Origin: Acidobacteriota bacterium
GTDB lineage: Bacteria > Acidobacteriota > UBA6911 > RPQK01 > JAJDTT01
Length of the DNA: 64,000 nucleotides
NCBI GenBank assembly: GCA_965263035.1
Contig: OZ253580.1
Location: 5,472,001 to 5,536,000 of the forward strand
Direction of reading: 5' to 3'
Made by a program: the position numbers and the translations under genes. Shown here piece after piece: positions 10,605 to 18,262 of the stretch. Numbering within the stretch: the stretch's first letter is position 1; the number at the start of each line of letters is the position of its first letter. Below the pieces are notes generated by a model. It had not been told where the DNA came from. It saw nothing but the letters and a program-made list of their open reading frames with translations, and made no database searches.

Positions 10605-10859
10605 CTACCTACACCAATTCATGCAGTAGGAGTATTGTCGGTTGCAAATACTCTTCTGGAATTCAAGGACAAACTGGCATTGTGCTTCTTCTCCGTATCG
10701 TTGACACCTCCGATAGGCTGAATGAGCCCCCGATGCACACCACTCGTAACGGGCCCAGCAGGCCGTTTTACAGATCCATGTGATCGGACCTGCGGGTACG
10801 GTTGCAACCGATACTTGTAGCACGATAAAAGCGATCATGAGTGTGGCAATGAGTTTCAT
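10605..10859 (-). CDS. Small secreted cysteine-rich peptide (8 Cys)
   Basis: AAGGAGA RBS, signal peptide MKLIATLMIAFIVLQVSVA, 8 Cys, followed by hairpin. Confidence 0.75.
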   Translation of the reverse strand: MKLIATLMIAFIVLQVSVATVPAGPITWICKTACWARYEWCASGAHSAYRRCQRYGEEAQCQFVLEFQKSICNRQYSYCMNWCR

Positions 10860-10877
10860 TGATTCTCCTTCTTTCTG

Positions 10878-11726
10878 TTATTCAGGTTGTTGCCCGCGGA
10901 CCTTGGAAACGAACTCCGGTCCCACGGTCGCCTCCAGCAGTGTCGCTCGGATTTGGGCGTCCATGAGATGGTGCTCCATGAAACTGTCCAGCTGCTCTTG
11001 TGCATGTGGATGAGCGGCCAGATAGTCATCCACCGAGACACCTGATTCGTCCGCCGCTCGGGCAATGTCGTTATAGGTGTCGAGGTGGGAGGTTGCTACC
11101 GAGGATTGGAAACGGACAAACTTCCAAGGTGGCAGGCCATTTTCAGTTTCTGCTTGGAGGTCGGCTCCGGCTTCCAACAGCGTTTTGACGATCTCCAGGT
11201 TCTCGGCAGTGGGTCGCGGGGAAATGCTCTGCAGGTGCAATGGCGTGGCGCCATAATCATCCCTGGCATTGACGTCCGCTCCCGCGTCCAACAGTGCCCG
11301 AACTTGATCCGGGGTGTGGGCCATATGAAGAGGCGTCTTGCCATCACAGCCCCCGAGCCGGCTCGTATCCGGCTTGGGATTGCCGTCAAGTGCGGCCTTG
11401 AACAGCAGGCCGTAACAACCCCCGATCTCACCTGCGACGGAGTAGAGCGCAGTCTTCATCTGTTCGCCGAAATCTTCGTCTTCCCCGTCGCGTTTCAGAC
11501 CCTCCAATCTCGCAAGGTCGGGACAGCCTTCGCATTCCTCGACCGGCAAGGGGAGGGGTCTCCGCTTTGGTTGGGTGGAAGGGGCGGAACTCTTGGACTG
11601 CCCCTTCAGGGGTTGTTGTGGAGGATCACTCACCCTGATTGGGTCGGTGTCCCCCCAACCCCACCAGAGAATCAACAGCAGGGGAATGACCAGAATCATT
11701 CCCAGTTTCCAATGCTTTGTGGTCAT
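10878..11726 (-). CDS. Ankyrin repeat protein with N-terminal membrane anchor
   Basis: GKTPLHMA..ALLDAGADVNARDDYGATPLH..LLEAGAD; TM at N-terminus; AAGGAG RBS. Confidence 0.85.
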   Translation of the reverse strand: MTTKHWKLGMILVIPLLLILWWGWGDTDPIRVSDPPQQPLKGQSKSSAPSTQPKRRPLPLPVEECEGCPDLARLEGLKRDGEDEDFGEQMKTALYSVAGEIGGCYGLLFKAALDGNPKPDTSRLGGCDGKTPLHMAHTPDQVRALLDAGADVNARDDYGATPLHLQSISPRPTAENLEIVKTLLEAGADLQAETENGLPPWKFVRFQSSVATSHLDTYNDIARAADESGVSVDDYLAAHPHAQEQLDSFMEHHLMDAQIRATLLEATVGPEFVSKVRGQQPE

Positions 11727-11837
11727 GGATCGGAACTCCTTTCGTTAGGAAGGGCGTCCTGAGCAGACAAGCCTGAGGCTGGACGAGTATAATTTCGCAA
11801 GATTAGCTCCTCCTTCTACACAGGACGAGTTGGTTTA

Positions 11838-11871
11838 GAGCCTGTCGAATGTAGCCCCATTCGACAGGCTC
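11838..11871. repeat. Perfect 14-bp inverted repeat
   Basis: GAGCCTGTCGAATG-tagccc-CATTCGACAGGCTC. Confidence 0.7.
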
Positions 11872-11949
11872 GGATGAGAAGTGGAAGACCCTGGCAAGGC
11901 GAGTGGAGACTCGCGAAACTTTTATGAGCCTCATCCACTTCCGAAAAGT

Positions 11950-12260
11950 TCAGAATATTTTCCCCAAACATCCATTGGACTCCGCACGATAATTCTGTGG
12001 AGACACCATATGGCCGCGGGCTCCCGAATAGGTCTGAGAAACCGTGGCGCCGACGACGGCGCCGGGGAGCGGGTCACCTGTCTCGTCGAAGACGCGTCCC
12101 TCGATGGAAGCTGTTCCGCGTCGGTGTCGAGGACCGGCGGCGGACCGGGGTCGCGTGCCGGTTGCTCTCGGTGATGGTCTCGGCCCAGCCATACGAGAAG
12201 GACCAACGGTGCGGCCGCGAAAAATGACAGGGTGATGAGCCGCTTTGATTTGATTCTCAT
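11950..12260 (-). pseudogene. Frameshifted, truncated membrane-anchored carboxypeptidase-regulatory-like domain protein
   Basis: TM N-terminus in one frame (MRIKSKRLITLSFFAAAPLVLLVWLG); ASIEGRVFDETGDPLPGAVV in another frame, stopping at 11950. Confidence 0.6.
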
Positions 12261-12453
12261 AGTTTCTCCCTGGGGAGAACGAGGCCTCCGGCTTACCCCG
12301 TGACGGGACTGCCGGGAAACCCCTCGGCGATCGCTCGGGATCTTCTGAGCGTCACATACAAATTAACGAGCAAGCAGAAAAATGCGCGAGAGAAGTTAGA
12401 GCGTCGGCTTACCAGCCGCCGAACTCCCGAAGGGGAACGGGGAATGAGGAATG

Positions 12454-12471
12454 GGGGACAAGACTGTCCCC
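12454..12471. repeat. REP-like palindrome (GGGGACA-N4-TGTCCCC)
   Basis: Same palindrome recurs near 49510, 56340 and 58675. Confidence 0.55.
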
Positions 12472-12489
12472 TCTCCAGTCGCCTTCCTT

Positions 12490-12527
12490 AAAAAACGAAA
12501 GAGGGCGCCCACGAGGAGCGCCCCTAC
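12490..12527 (-). terminator. GTAG-type REP hairpin with U-tract, terminator of the LarA-like gene
   Basis: Minus strand GTAGGGGCGCTCCTCGTGGGCGCCCTC followed by TTTCGTTTTTT. Confidence 0.6.
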
Positions 12528-12562
12528 AATTTTCTACGAAATCCGCGGGAGTTGCGGAACGG

Positions 12563-13825
12563 CTACACGGCTACGGACGCCAGGTTGCCGTGGGGGTCGA
12601 AGGCCATGGCGTCGGGCCCCGCGAGCACTTCCAGATCGGAGCGGTCCTGGACCTCGGGGGTGTACTTCTCGCTGACCAGGACCTCACCCAGCTTCAACGT
12701 GTTGGCAATCTGGATGATCCCCGAATCGGCCGGGTCGACCAGGCCGACGGTTTCCAGGATGGCGAGCATGGCTTCTCGATCGGTATCGAAGGCGATGGGA
12801 ACCGCGGCCGCGGACGGGTGCCCTCCGGTGAGAGCATTGATCCGGGTGGCCACGAGATTCGCCTGGTCCACGGTCCTCTGGTTGGTCACCTCGGCCATTC
12901 CGATGCCACAGGCGTTGCCATGGGTCTCCGGAGTCAGCCCCCGTACGAAGATGCGCTTGCAATTGACCGTATCGTCTCCCGTGGCTCCGTGGTCGTTGAA
13001 CTTGCGCCCCACGACGTTGGTGTCCATGCCGGACCCGGAGATGTTCTTGCCGATCTGGTCGACCACCAGAAGATCCACTTCGGGGAAGGGAAGACGGGGC
13101 ATCCACTGCTGGGCCAGCTTGAGTAGCGCCTCTTCCCGTTCGAAGAATCGATCCGGGGCCACCGCCTCTATGAGAGCGGTCTCATCGTAGGCGTTCTCCA
13201 CGATGGCCAGTCCCGCAGCGACGCGGCACTTGGCCAGGATGACGTCGGCGACGGCCAGGATGATCTCCAGGAAGCTGTAGTCCTTGATGGCTCGATGGTA
13301 GATCTTGGCGCCCTGGTGCTTGCCCAGGCCGATGAGCATCATCTTGTGGAGCCCGGACTCGATGGGACCCACGAACCCGGTATGGGGCTTGACCCGGCCG
13401 CAGACGATGACGTGGTCGGCCTCGTAGGCATGGCGGTCGAAGTGGACGGGGATTCCCTGAGGGGTGGTATCCACCACGACGGTCTCCATGGAGGAGCGGA
13501 TCGGGGCTCCGGTGTATTCCTCGGTGACTCCGTAGCTGTGAAGAATCTCCTGTTGTCCTTCGGCGGTGCCGCCGCCATGACTGCCCATGGCCGGAACCAC
13601 GAACGGTTCTGCCCCAATCTCCCTGAGATGCCGGGTGGCGGCCTTGATGATGGAGTCGATATTGGCGATCCCGCGGCTGCCGGCCGTGATGGCCACGCTC
13701 TCCCCGGGACGAATCTTGTTCCCGAGCTCAAGTGCGGCCAACTGTGAGCAGGTCTCATGCTCCACGTCGGCGAGCTCCGGCCCTTCGAACTTCTGACTCA
13801 AACGCAACATTCTGGGAAACAACAT
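12563..13825 (-). CDS. LarA-like (DUF2088) nickel-pincer cofactor-dependent racemase/epimerase family protein
   Basis: GSRGIANI, PAMGSHGGGTAEGQ, RVKPHTGF, KMMLIGLGK motifs. Confidence 0.8.
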   Translation of the reverse strand: MLFPRMLRLSQKFEGPELADVEHETCSQLAALELGNKIRPGESVAITAGSRGIANIDSIIKAATRHLREIGAEPFVVPAMGSHGGGTAEGQQEILHSYGVTEEYTGAPIRSSMETVVVDTTPQGIPVHFDRHAYEADHVIVCGRVKPHTGFVGPIESGLHKMMLIGLGKHQGAKIYHRAIKDYSFLEIILAVADVILAKCRVAAGLAIVENAYDETALIEAVAPDRFFEREEALLKLAQQWMPRLPFPEVDLLVVDQIGKNISGSGMDTNVVGRKFNDHGATGDDTVNCKRIFVRGLTPETHGNACGIGMAEVTNQRTVDQANLVATRINALTGGHPSAAAVPIAFDTDREAMLAILETVGLVDPADSGIIQIANTLKLGEVLVSEKYTPEVQDRSDLEVLAGPDAMAFDPHGNLASVAV

Positions 13826-13923
13826 CCTGGAACTCCCTTCCAAACGACGGCGCCGTCCCGGATTCCGGGACGGTCATATACTCCCTGATATATCACTCCC
13901 GGAGCCAATTTCAAACCATCAGG

Positions 13924-15498
13924 CTAACGGACAAATTGAAAGGCGTAGAGCTTGGAATTCCTGAGCCTGATGTGCAGCCGAACTTCCCGGCCCGCGAGGC
14001 TCGACAGGTCCCTGCGGCCCTTCCAGGAAACCGGGAACGCGACATGGTTCCCGTTCATGGGGTCGGCGTCCTCCAATGCGAACCCTGGAAATGGCCGGCC
14101 CTGAGGATCCTGGATCTCCACCAGCGCTTCGCCGCCCGCGCTCGTATCCAGGTTCAACTCCAGCTTGCTGCCGCCAAAGCGGATGAGAGGAGTCGAAAGC
14201 CAGCCTCCCCGGTAGCCGGCGTCCGCCGAGACGAATCCATCCAGGCGAAGGATCGCTCTGGAGACGGCCGACCGGTGCCCGCCGGGATCGGGGTCGACGC
14301 GGTCGGCATGGTCCCAGTTGGTCCCCACGTAGTAGATCCAGATCTCGTTGCCCATGCGGATGGGCCGGGGCATTCCCCACACCCACTTGGACCCGAAGCT
14401 GCCGGCGTGGCCCAGACGCAGAAACGACTGGCGCTCGCCCAAACGTTGGAAATTCCGGCCGTCGCGGCTCACCGCCAGTTGGACGTCCGCCGTTGTGGGA
14501 TGGAGATGGCGATAGTGATAGTAGATGGGAATCATGGCGAAGTAGGCGTCCTGGGCCTCCGCGTAGCGAAAGACGCCCGTCCCGTAGAAGTCCAGTGACA
14601 GAGGTCCGACGACGGTGTAGCCGGGTCCGAAAACGGTCTCGACCTGGTGGGCCTTCTCGGAGGCGCGCGACTGCTGGCGCCGGGGCAGAAAATCGACCAG
14701 GGGCGCCAAGTCCCGGGCATCGGGCAAGAGGACGATTTCGAAGTTCTCCCAGTGGGTCATGTCGTCCGATTCGTTGTACCCGATCATCCGGGGATGGACT
14801 TCCCGGCTGTAGCCCCGATAGCGTCCGATCGTCGGATCCCAGAACCAACTGGGCTGCGTGTCGGCGGCCCGCAGTCCGGTGGGGAGCGTCTCCTCCAGAT
14901 GCCATCGAAGTCCGTCCGCGGAGTACCAGAAGGCGTTCCCTCCCTTGCGCGTTCCCGGGATGGTGTAGAGCTTGGACCAGGACCGGTACCGTTTTTCGGT
15001 CGGCGTGCCGGGATTGTCGTCCCTGGCGACCGATCCACCCCCGATGGTCATCACCGAAAGGTCGGTGGGCATGACCAGGTTGTTCTCCCGGGATCCATCC
15101 TTCTCCACCAACCCCAAGACCGGTTTTCGGAACCGGATTCCGTCGTTCGACTCGGCGTAGCACAGGGCACGGAAACCCTGCCCGGGCCGGCCTTGATCCG
15201 TATACAGATCGTACCAGAGGCGAATCCGGACCTCGTCGGGACCTTCTTCCTTCATCACGCTGCAATAGACGTGGATCTTTGCACCCGCTTCCCAGGGCTG
15301 GTCCACCACTACCAGAGGTTCACCCGTCTGGTAAGGAGGGTTCATGCGGAGGGTGATTCCGTCGCTGGATTCGATGAAACGATGGTCGACGAAGAGTTGC
15401 TTCTGGTCTCCGACCATCAACGCCTGAGCCGCCAGGGGTTGGACAACAGGTCCGGCCAAAAGGAGCAGTCCGTTGAGAACGGCGATCGGGTTATTCAT
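13924..15498 (-). CDS. Secreted GH32/GH43-like beta-propeller protein
   Basis: Signal peptide; KQLFVDHRFI, AESNDGIRFRKPVLGL, LRLDGFVS, C-terminal KLYAFQF. Confidence 0.7.
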   Translation of the reverse strand: MNNPIAVLNGLLLLAGPVVQPLAAQALMVGDQKQLFVDHRFIESSDGITLRMNPPYQTGEPLVVVDQPWEAGAKIHVYCSVMKEEGPDEVRIRLWYDLYTDQGRPGQGFRALCYAESNDGIRFRKPVLGLVEKDGSRENNLVMPTDLSVMTIGGGSVARDDNPGTPTEKRYRSWSKLYTIPGTRKGGNAFWYSADGLRWHLEETLPTGLRAADTQPSWFWDPTIGRYRGYSREVHPRMIGYNESDDMTHWENFEIVLLPDARDLAPLVDFLPRRQQSRASEKAHQVETVFGPGYTVVGPLSLDFYGTGVFRYAEAQDAYFAMIPIYYHYRHLHPTTADVQLAVSRDGRNFQRLGERQSFLRLGHAGSFGSKWVWGMPRPIRMGNEIWIYYVGTNWDHADRVDPDPGGHRSAVSRAILRLDGFVSADAGYRGGWLSTPLIRFGGSKLELNLDTSAGGEALVEIQDPQGRPFPGFALEDADPMNGNHVAFPVSWKGRRDLSSLAGREVRLHIRLRNSKLYAFQFVR

Positions 15499-15560
15499 AG
15501 TACGGCTCCCGGTAGAGGGGAAACACAGCCTCGAGAACAAGAGGAAAAGGAGAACATGGC

Positions 15561-15875
15561 ATGATCGCTCTTCTGGTCACGATCCGGATTCAGCCTCAGC
15601 ATCGGGAGGCTTTCATGGAGGCCATGCTAGACGATGCCCGTCACTCGGTCCAGGACGAGCCCGGTTGCCTGAGATTCGACGTGCTGGAGGATGTGGACGA
15701 CCCGAGCCGGATCTTTCTCTACGAAGTCTATCGGGACGAGGAGGCTCTGGAAGCCCATCGCCAAGCGCCCCATTTCCTGCGTTGGAAGCACGCAACTCGC
15801 AACTGGTTCGACGGTGAGCTGGTGGTGGAGCAGGCAGCGCCGGTGTATCCGGCTGGCGAGGACTGGGACGGCTGA
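15561..15875 (+). CDS. ABM-domain protein (putative quinol monooxygenase / LsrG-like)
   Basis: EPGCLRFDV...LYEVY...AHRQAPHF. Confidence 0.85.
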   Translation: MIALLVTIRIQPQHREAFMEAMLDDARHSVQDEPGCLRFDVLEDVDDPSRIFLYEVYRDEEALEAHRQAPHFLRWKHATRNWFDGELVVEQAAPVYPAGEDWDG

Positions 15876-15916
15876 CCACTACGAAAAGGGCATCGTCCCC
15901 ACGCGGCCGGCGTGGC

Positions 15917-17119
15917 TCAGCTGAGGAACCGTTCCAGCCGCTCCAGACCCTCCTGAATCACGTCCATGCTCGTGGCGAAGCTGAGCCGCACGCAGCTGTC
16001 CAGCCCGAAGGCGGCGCCGGGCACCACGGCCAGATGGGCTTCCCCCAGCAGCCGTGTGGTCCATTCGACCGACCCCGCAACTCCCAATCTCGAATAGGTG
16101 CCGGAGACGTCGGGAAACACGTAGAAAGCACCGGCAGGTTCGGGACAGACCACGCCAGGAATGGCATTGAGCCGGCCGTGCAGGACCTTGGCCCGCCGCT
16201 CGAACTCGGAACGCATCTCTTCGACGCAGTCTTGATTTCCGGTGAGAGCCGCAGCCATGGCATGCATGGTGAAGGTCGCGGCGCCGCTGGTGGTCTGGGA
16301 CTGGAGTTTGCTCATGTTGCGGATCACGTCCTGGGGCCCTGCCACGTAGCCGATGCGCCATCCGGTCATGGAATAGCTCTTGGACATGGAGTTGAAGGTC
16401 AGGGTCCGCTCATAGGCGTGAGATGACGTGGCCGCGAAGCTCTTGTAAGTCCGGCCGCCGTATAGAAGCCGATCGTAGATCTCGTCGCTGATGACGGCCA
16501 CGTCATCCCGTTCGGCCAGGACCTCCGCCAGCGCGTCCGTCTCCTCGGGAGAGTAGACGGTTCCGCTGGGATTGCTCGGAGAGTTGAAGATGACCGCCGC
16601 GGTTCGAGGCGTCAGCGCCTCCCGGAGCTGCTGCGGGGTGATCTTGAAATCGGCGTCGACGGTCGCGCTCACGAACACGGGCACTCCGCCGGCGATCTTC
16701 ACCTGTTCCGGATAGGAAACCCAGTAGGGCGCGGGGATGATGACCTCGTCTCCAGGGTCCAGGACAGTGGCGAAGGCGAGCCAGAGACCCTCCTTGCCGC
16801 CGACCGTGACCAGGATCTGGGAGGGAGAATACTCCAGCGAGTTCTCACGGCGGAGCTTCTCGGCCGCGGCCTCCTTGGCCTCGGGAACTCCCGACGCGGG
16901 TTTGGCGTACTTGGTTTCTCCCGCCTCGATACAATCCAGTGCGTGTTTTCGGATATGGGCGGGAGTGGGAAAATCCGGTTCTCCCGCCCCCAGGCTCACC
17001 ACGTCGATCCCAGCCCGGCGAAGCTCGGCGGCCCGGTTGCTGACCGCGATAGTCGCCGACTCCTGTAGCTGCATAAGCCGCTGTGAAATCTTCAATCCCG
17101 TTCGCTCTTGAACACTCAT
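15917..17119 (-). CDS. aspC: Pyridoxal-phosphate-dependent aspartate aminotransferase (class I)
   Basis: GEPDFPTP, PYWVSY, NSPSNPSG, DEIY, SKSYSMTGWRIG, VRLSFA. Confidence 0.85.
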   Translation of the reverse strand: MSVQERTGLKISQRLMQLQESATIAVSNRAAELRRAGIDVVSLGAGEPDFPTPAHIRKHALDCIEAGETKYAKPASGVPEAKEAAAEKLRRENSLEYSPSQILVTVGGKEGLWLAFATVLDPGDEVIIPAPYWVSYPEQVKIAGGVPVFVSATVDADFKITPQQLREALTPRTAAVIFNSPSNPSGTVYSPEETDALAEVLAERDDVAVISDEIYDRLLYGGRTYKSFAATSSHAYERTLTFNSMSKSYSMTGWRIGYVAGPQDVIRNMSKLQSQTTSGAATFTMHAMAAALTGNQDCVEEMRSEFERRAKVLHGRLNAIPGVVCPEPAGAFYVFPDVSGTYSRLGVAGSVEWTTRLLGEAHLAVVPGAAFGLDSCVRLSFATSMDVIQEGLERLERFLS

Positions 17120-17126
17120 GGCCGGG

Positions 17127-17155
17127 AGTTTAGTCGGGGGGTCAGACACTGTCAA
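17127..17155 (-). promoter_or_regulatory. Sigma70 promoter for the aminotransferase gene (probably leaderless)
   Basis: TTGACA-17nt-TAAACT, -10 box 7 nt before the ATG, no Shine-Dalgarno. Confidence 0.65.
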
Positions 17156-17235
17156 TTGGACCCGCCGGGCAGCAGTGGGGCCGTGGAATGCTGGGGAAGA
17201 CCTTGCACTGAGTACACACTCGGCTATACCGGGGG

Positions 17236-17309
17236 TGCACCCGGCGGGACTCGAACCCACAACCTCCAGGGGAGTCAACCCGGTACTGTTCCAGTTCAGC
17301 TTCGGGCGC
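17236..17309 (-). tRNA. Atypical tRNA / tRNA-like element (GAC-containing 8-nt anticodon loop, G3:U70)
   Basis: Cloverleaf: GCGCCCG/CGGGTGC-A, D arm GCTG-AACTGGAA-CAGT, anticodon stem CCGGG/CCTGG, T arm GTGGG-TTCGAGT-CCCGC; A at position 8, no encoded CCA. Confidence 0.65.
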
Positions 17310-18262
17310 ACCCACCTTCGTGCCCATCCCCTCTGACATTCAGCAGAAGTTTTGAAGTTTCTGGTCGGGAGAGAATGGCATGAGGGTGCATTCGCTTGAA
17401 TCTCAGCGGGGGACTTCGCTACGGTGAACTTGTCCAGAGGAAGCGGGCATTGATACGGAAGAAATGATGAGTGTAATGAGACACACGCTAGGTCCAAACT
17501 ATATCGCCCGAGCGAGAGAAGCTCTGGACTTCTTTGGTAATGAGGCTGTAGGGGTCTACCCCGAACACGGAAAAGAATTTAGTGCAGGTTCGCCTGCCGC
17601 CTGTGAGCTATCTGCATCTAGAGACCCCCATATGCCAGTGGATGCACTGACTATGGCTACAGCGTTGATTGGGTCGGGCAGCGAACACGTCCTAGCCTAC
17701 AGCAGAGCCATCACGGAGCCGATTCTGACCACTGCTTGCTGGAGTTGCGCTCGTTCCGTGCTTGAGCCGTGTGCCTTCGCTTTATGGCTTCTCAATCCGC
17801 AAATTGATCCCCACACCCGTGGTGGAAGGGTATACGCTCTCCGTTACAAGAATATGGAAGAAGGGTTGAAGTACATCCGTGCGGTCAGTGGGACCGATAC
17901 GGACATACAAAAACAGAAGAGCCGTATTCGTGAAGTTGAACGAGAGGCGTTTAATTACGGATATCTTCCGCTCACTGCCAGAAGCAGGGGCGGTAAGAGA
18001 AAAGGCAAGCGGATCGGTATTGGTCAAGTTATGCCTTCGGCTACAGAAGTAATCAAACAAATGCTCGATGAGGAAGGAACGTATCGGGTACTCTCAGCCG
18101 CAGCTCATGCGCGCAGTTGGGCAATCAGGGTACTCGGAAAAAGAGAAACTGGGCACAGACGAAAGATTGAAAATACTCAGGTGGTTATTTTCGAGGCTCA
18201 CACTAAACCCGAAACGATAGCAGCATTTAGTGTTGCGTCGGCGAAAGCACTAGCCAAGTCAC

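Noticed and set aside
15556-15564. Mini-ORF ATG GCA TGA overlapping the ABM start
   Set aside because: SD spacing favours ATG 15561; likely chance
17177-17215. GGGGCCGT... as tmRNA/tRNA-Ala 5' end or Tn3-type 38-bp IR
   Set aside because: No tmRNA or tRNA body follows, and no 5-bp TSD abuts the GGGG ends; better explained as part of a longer TIR with a 10-bp direct repeat
17120-17497. 126-aa N-terminal extension of the aminotransferase ORF
   Set aside because: Runs through the promoter, TIR and tRNA-like gene; the family match starts near ATG 17119
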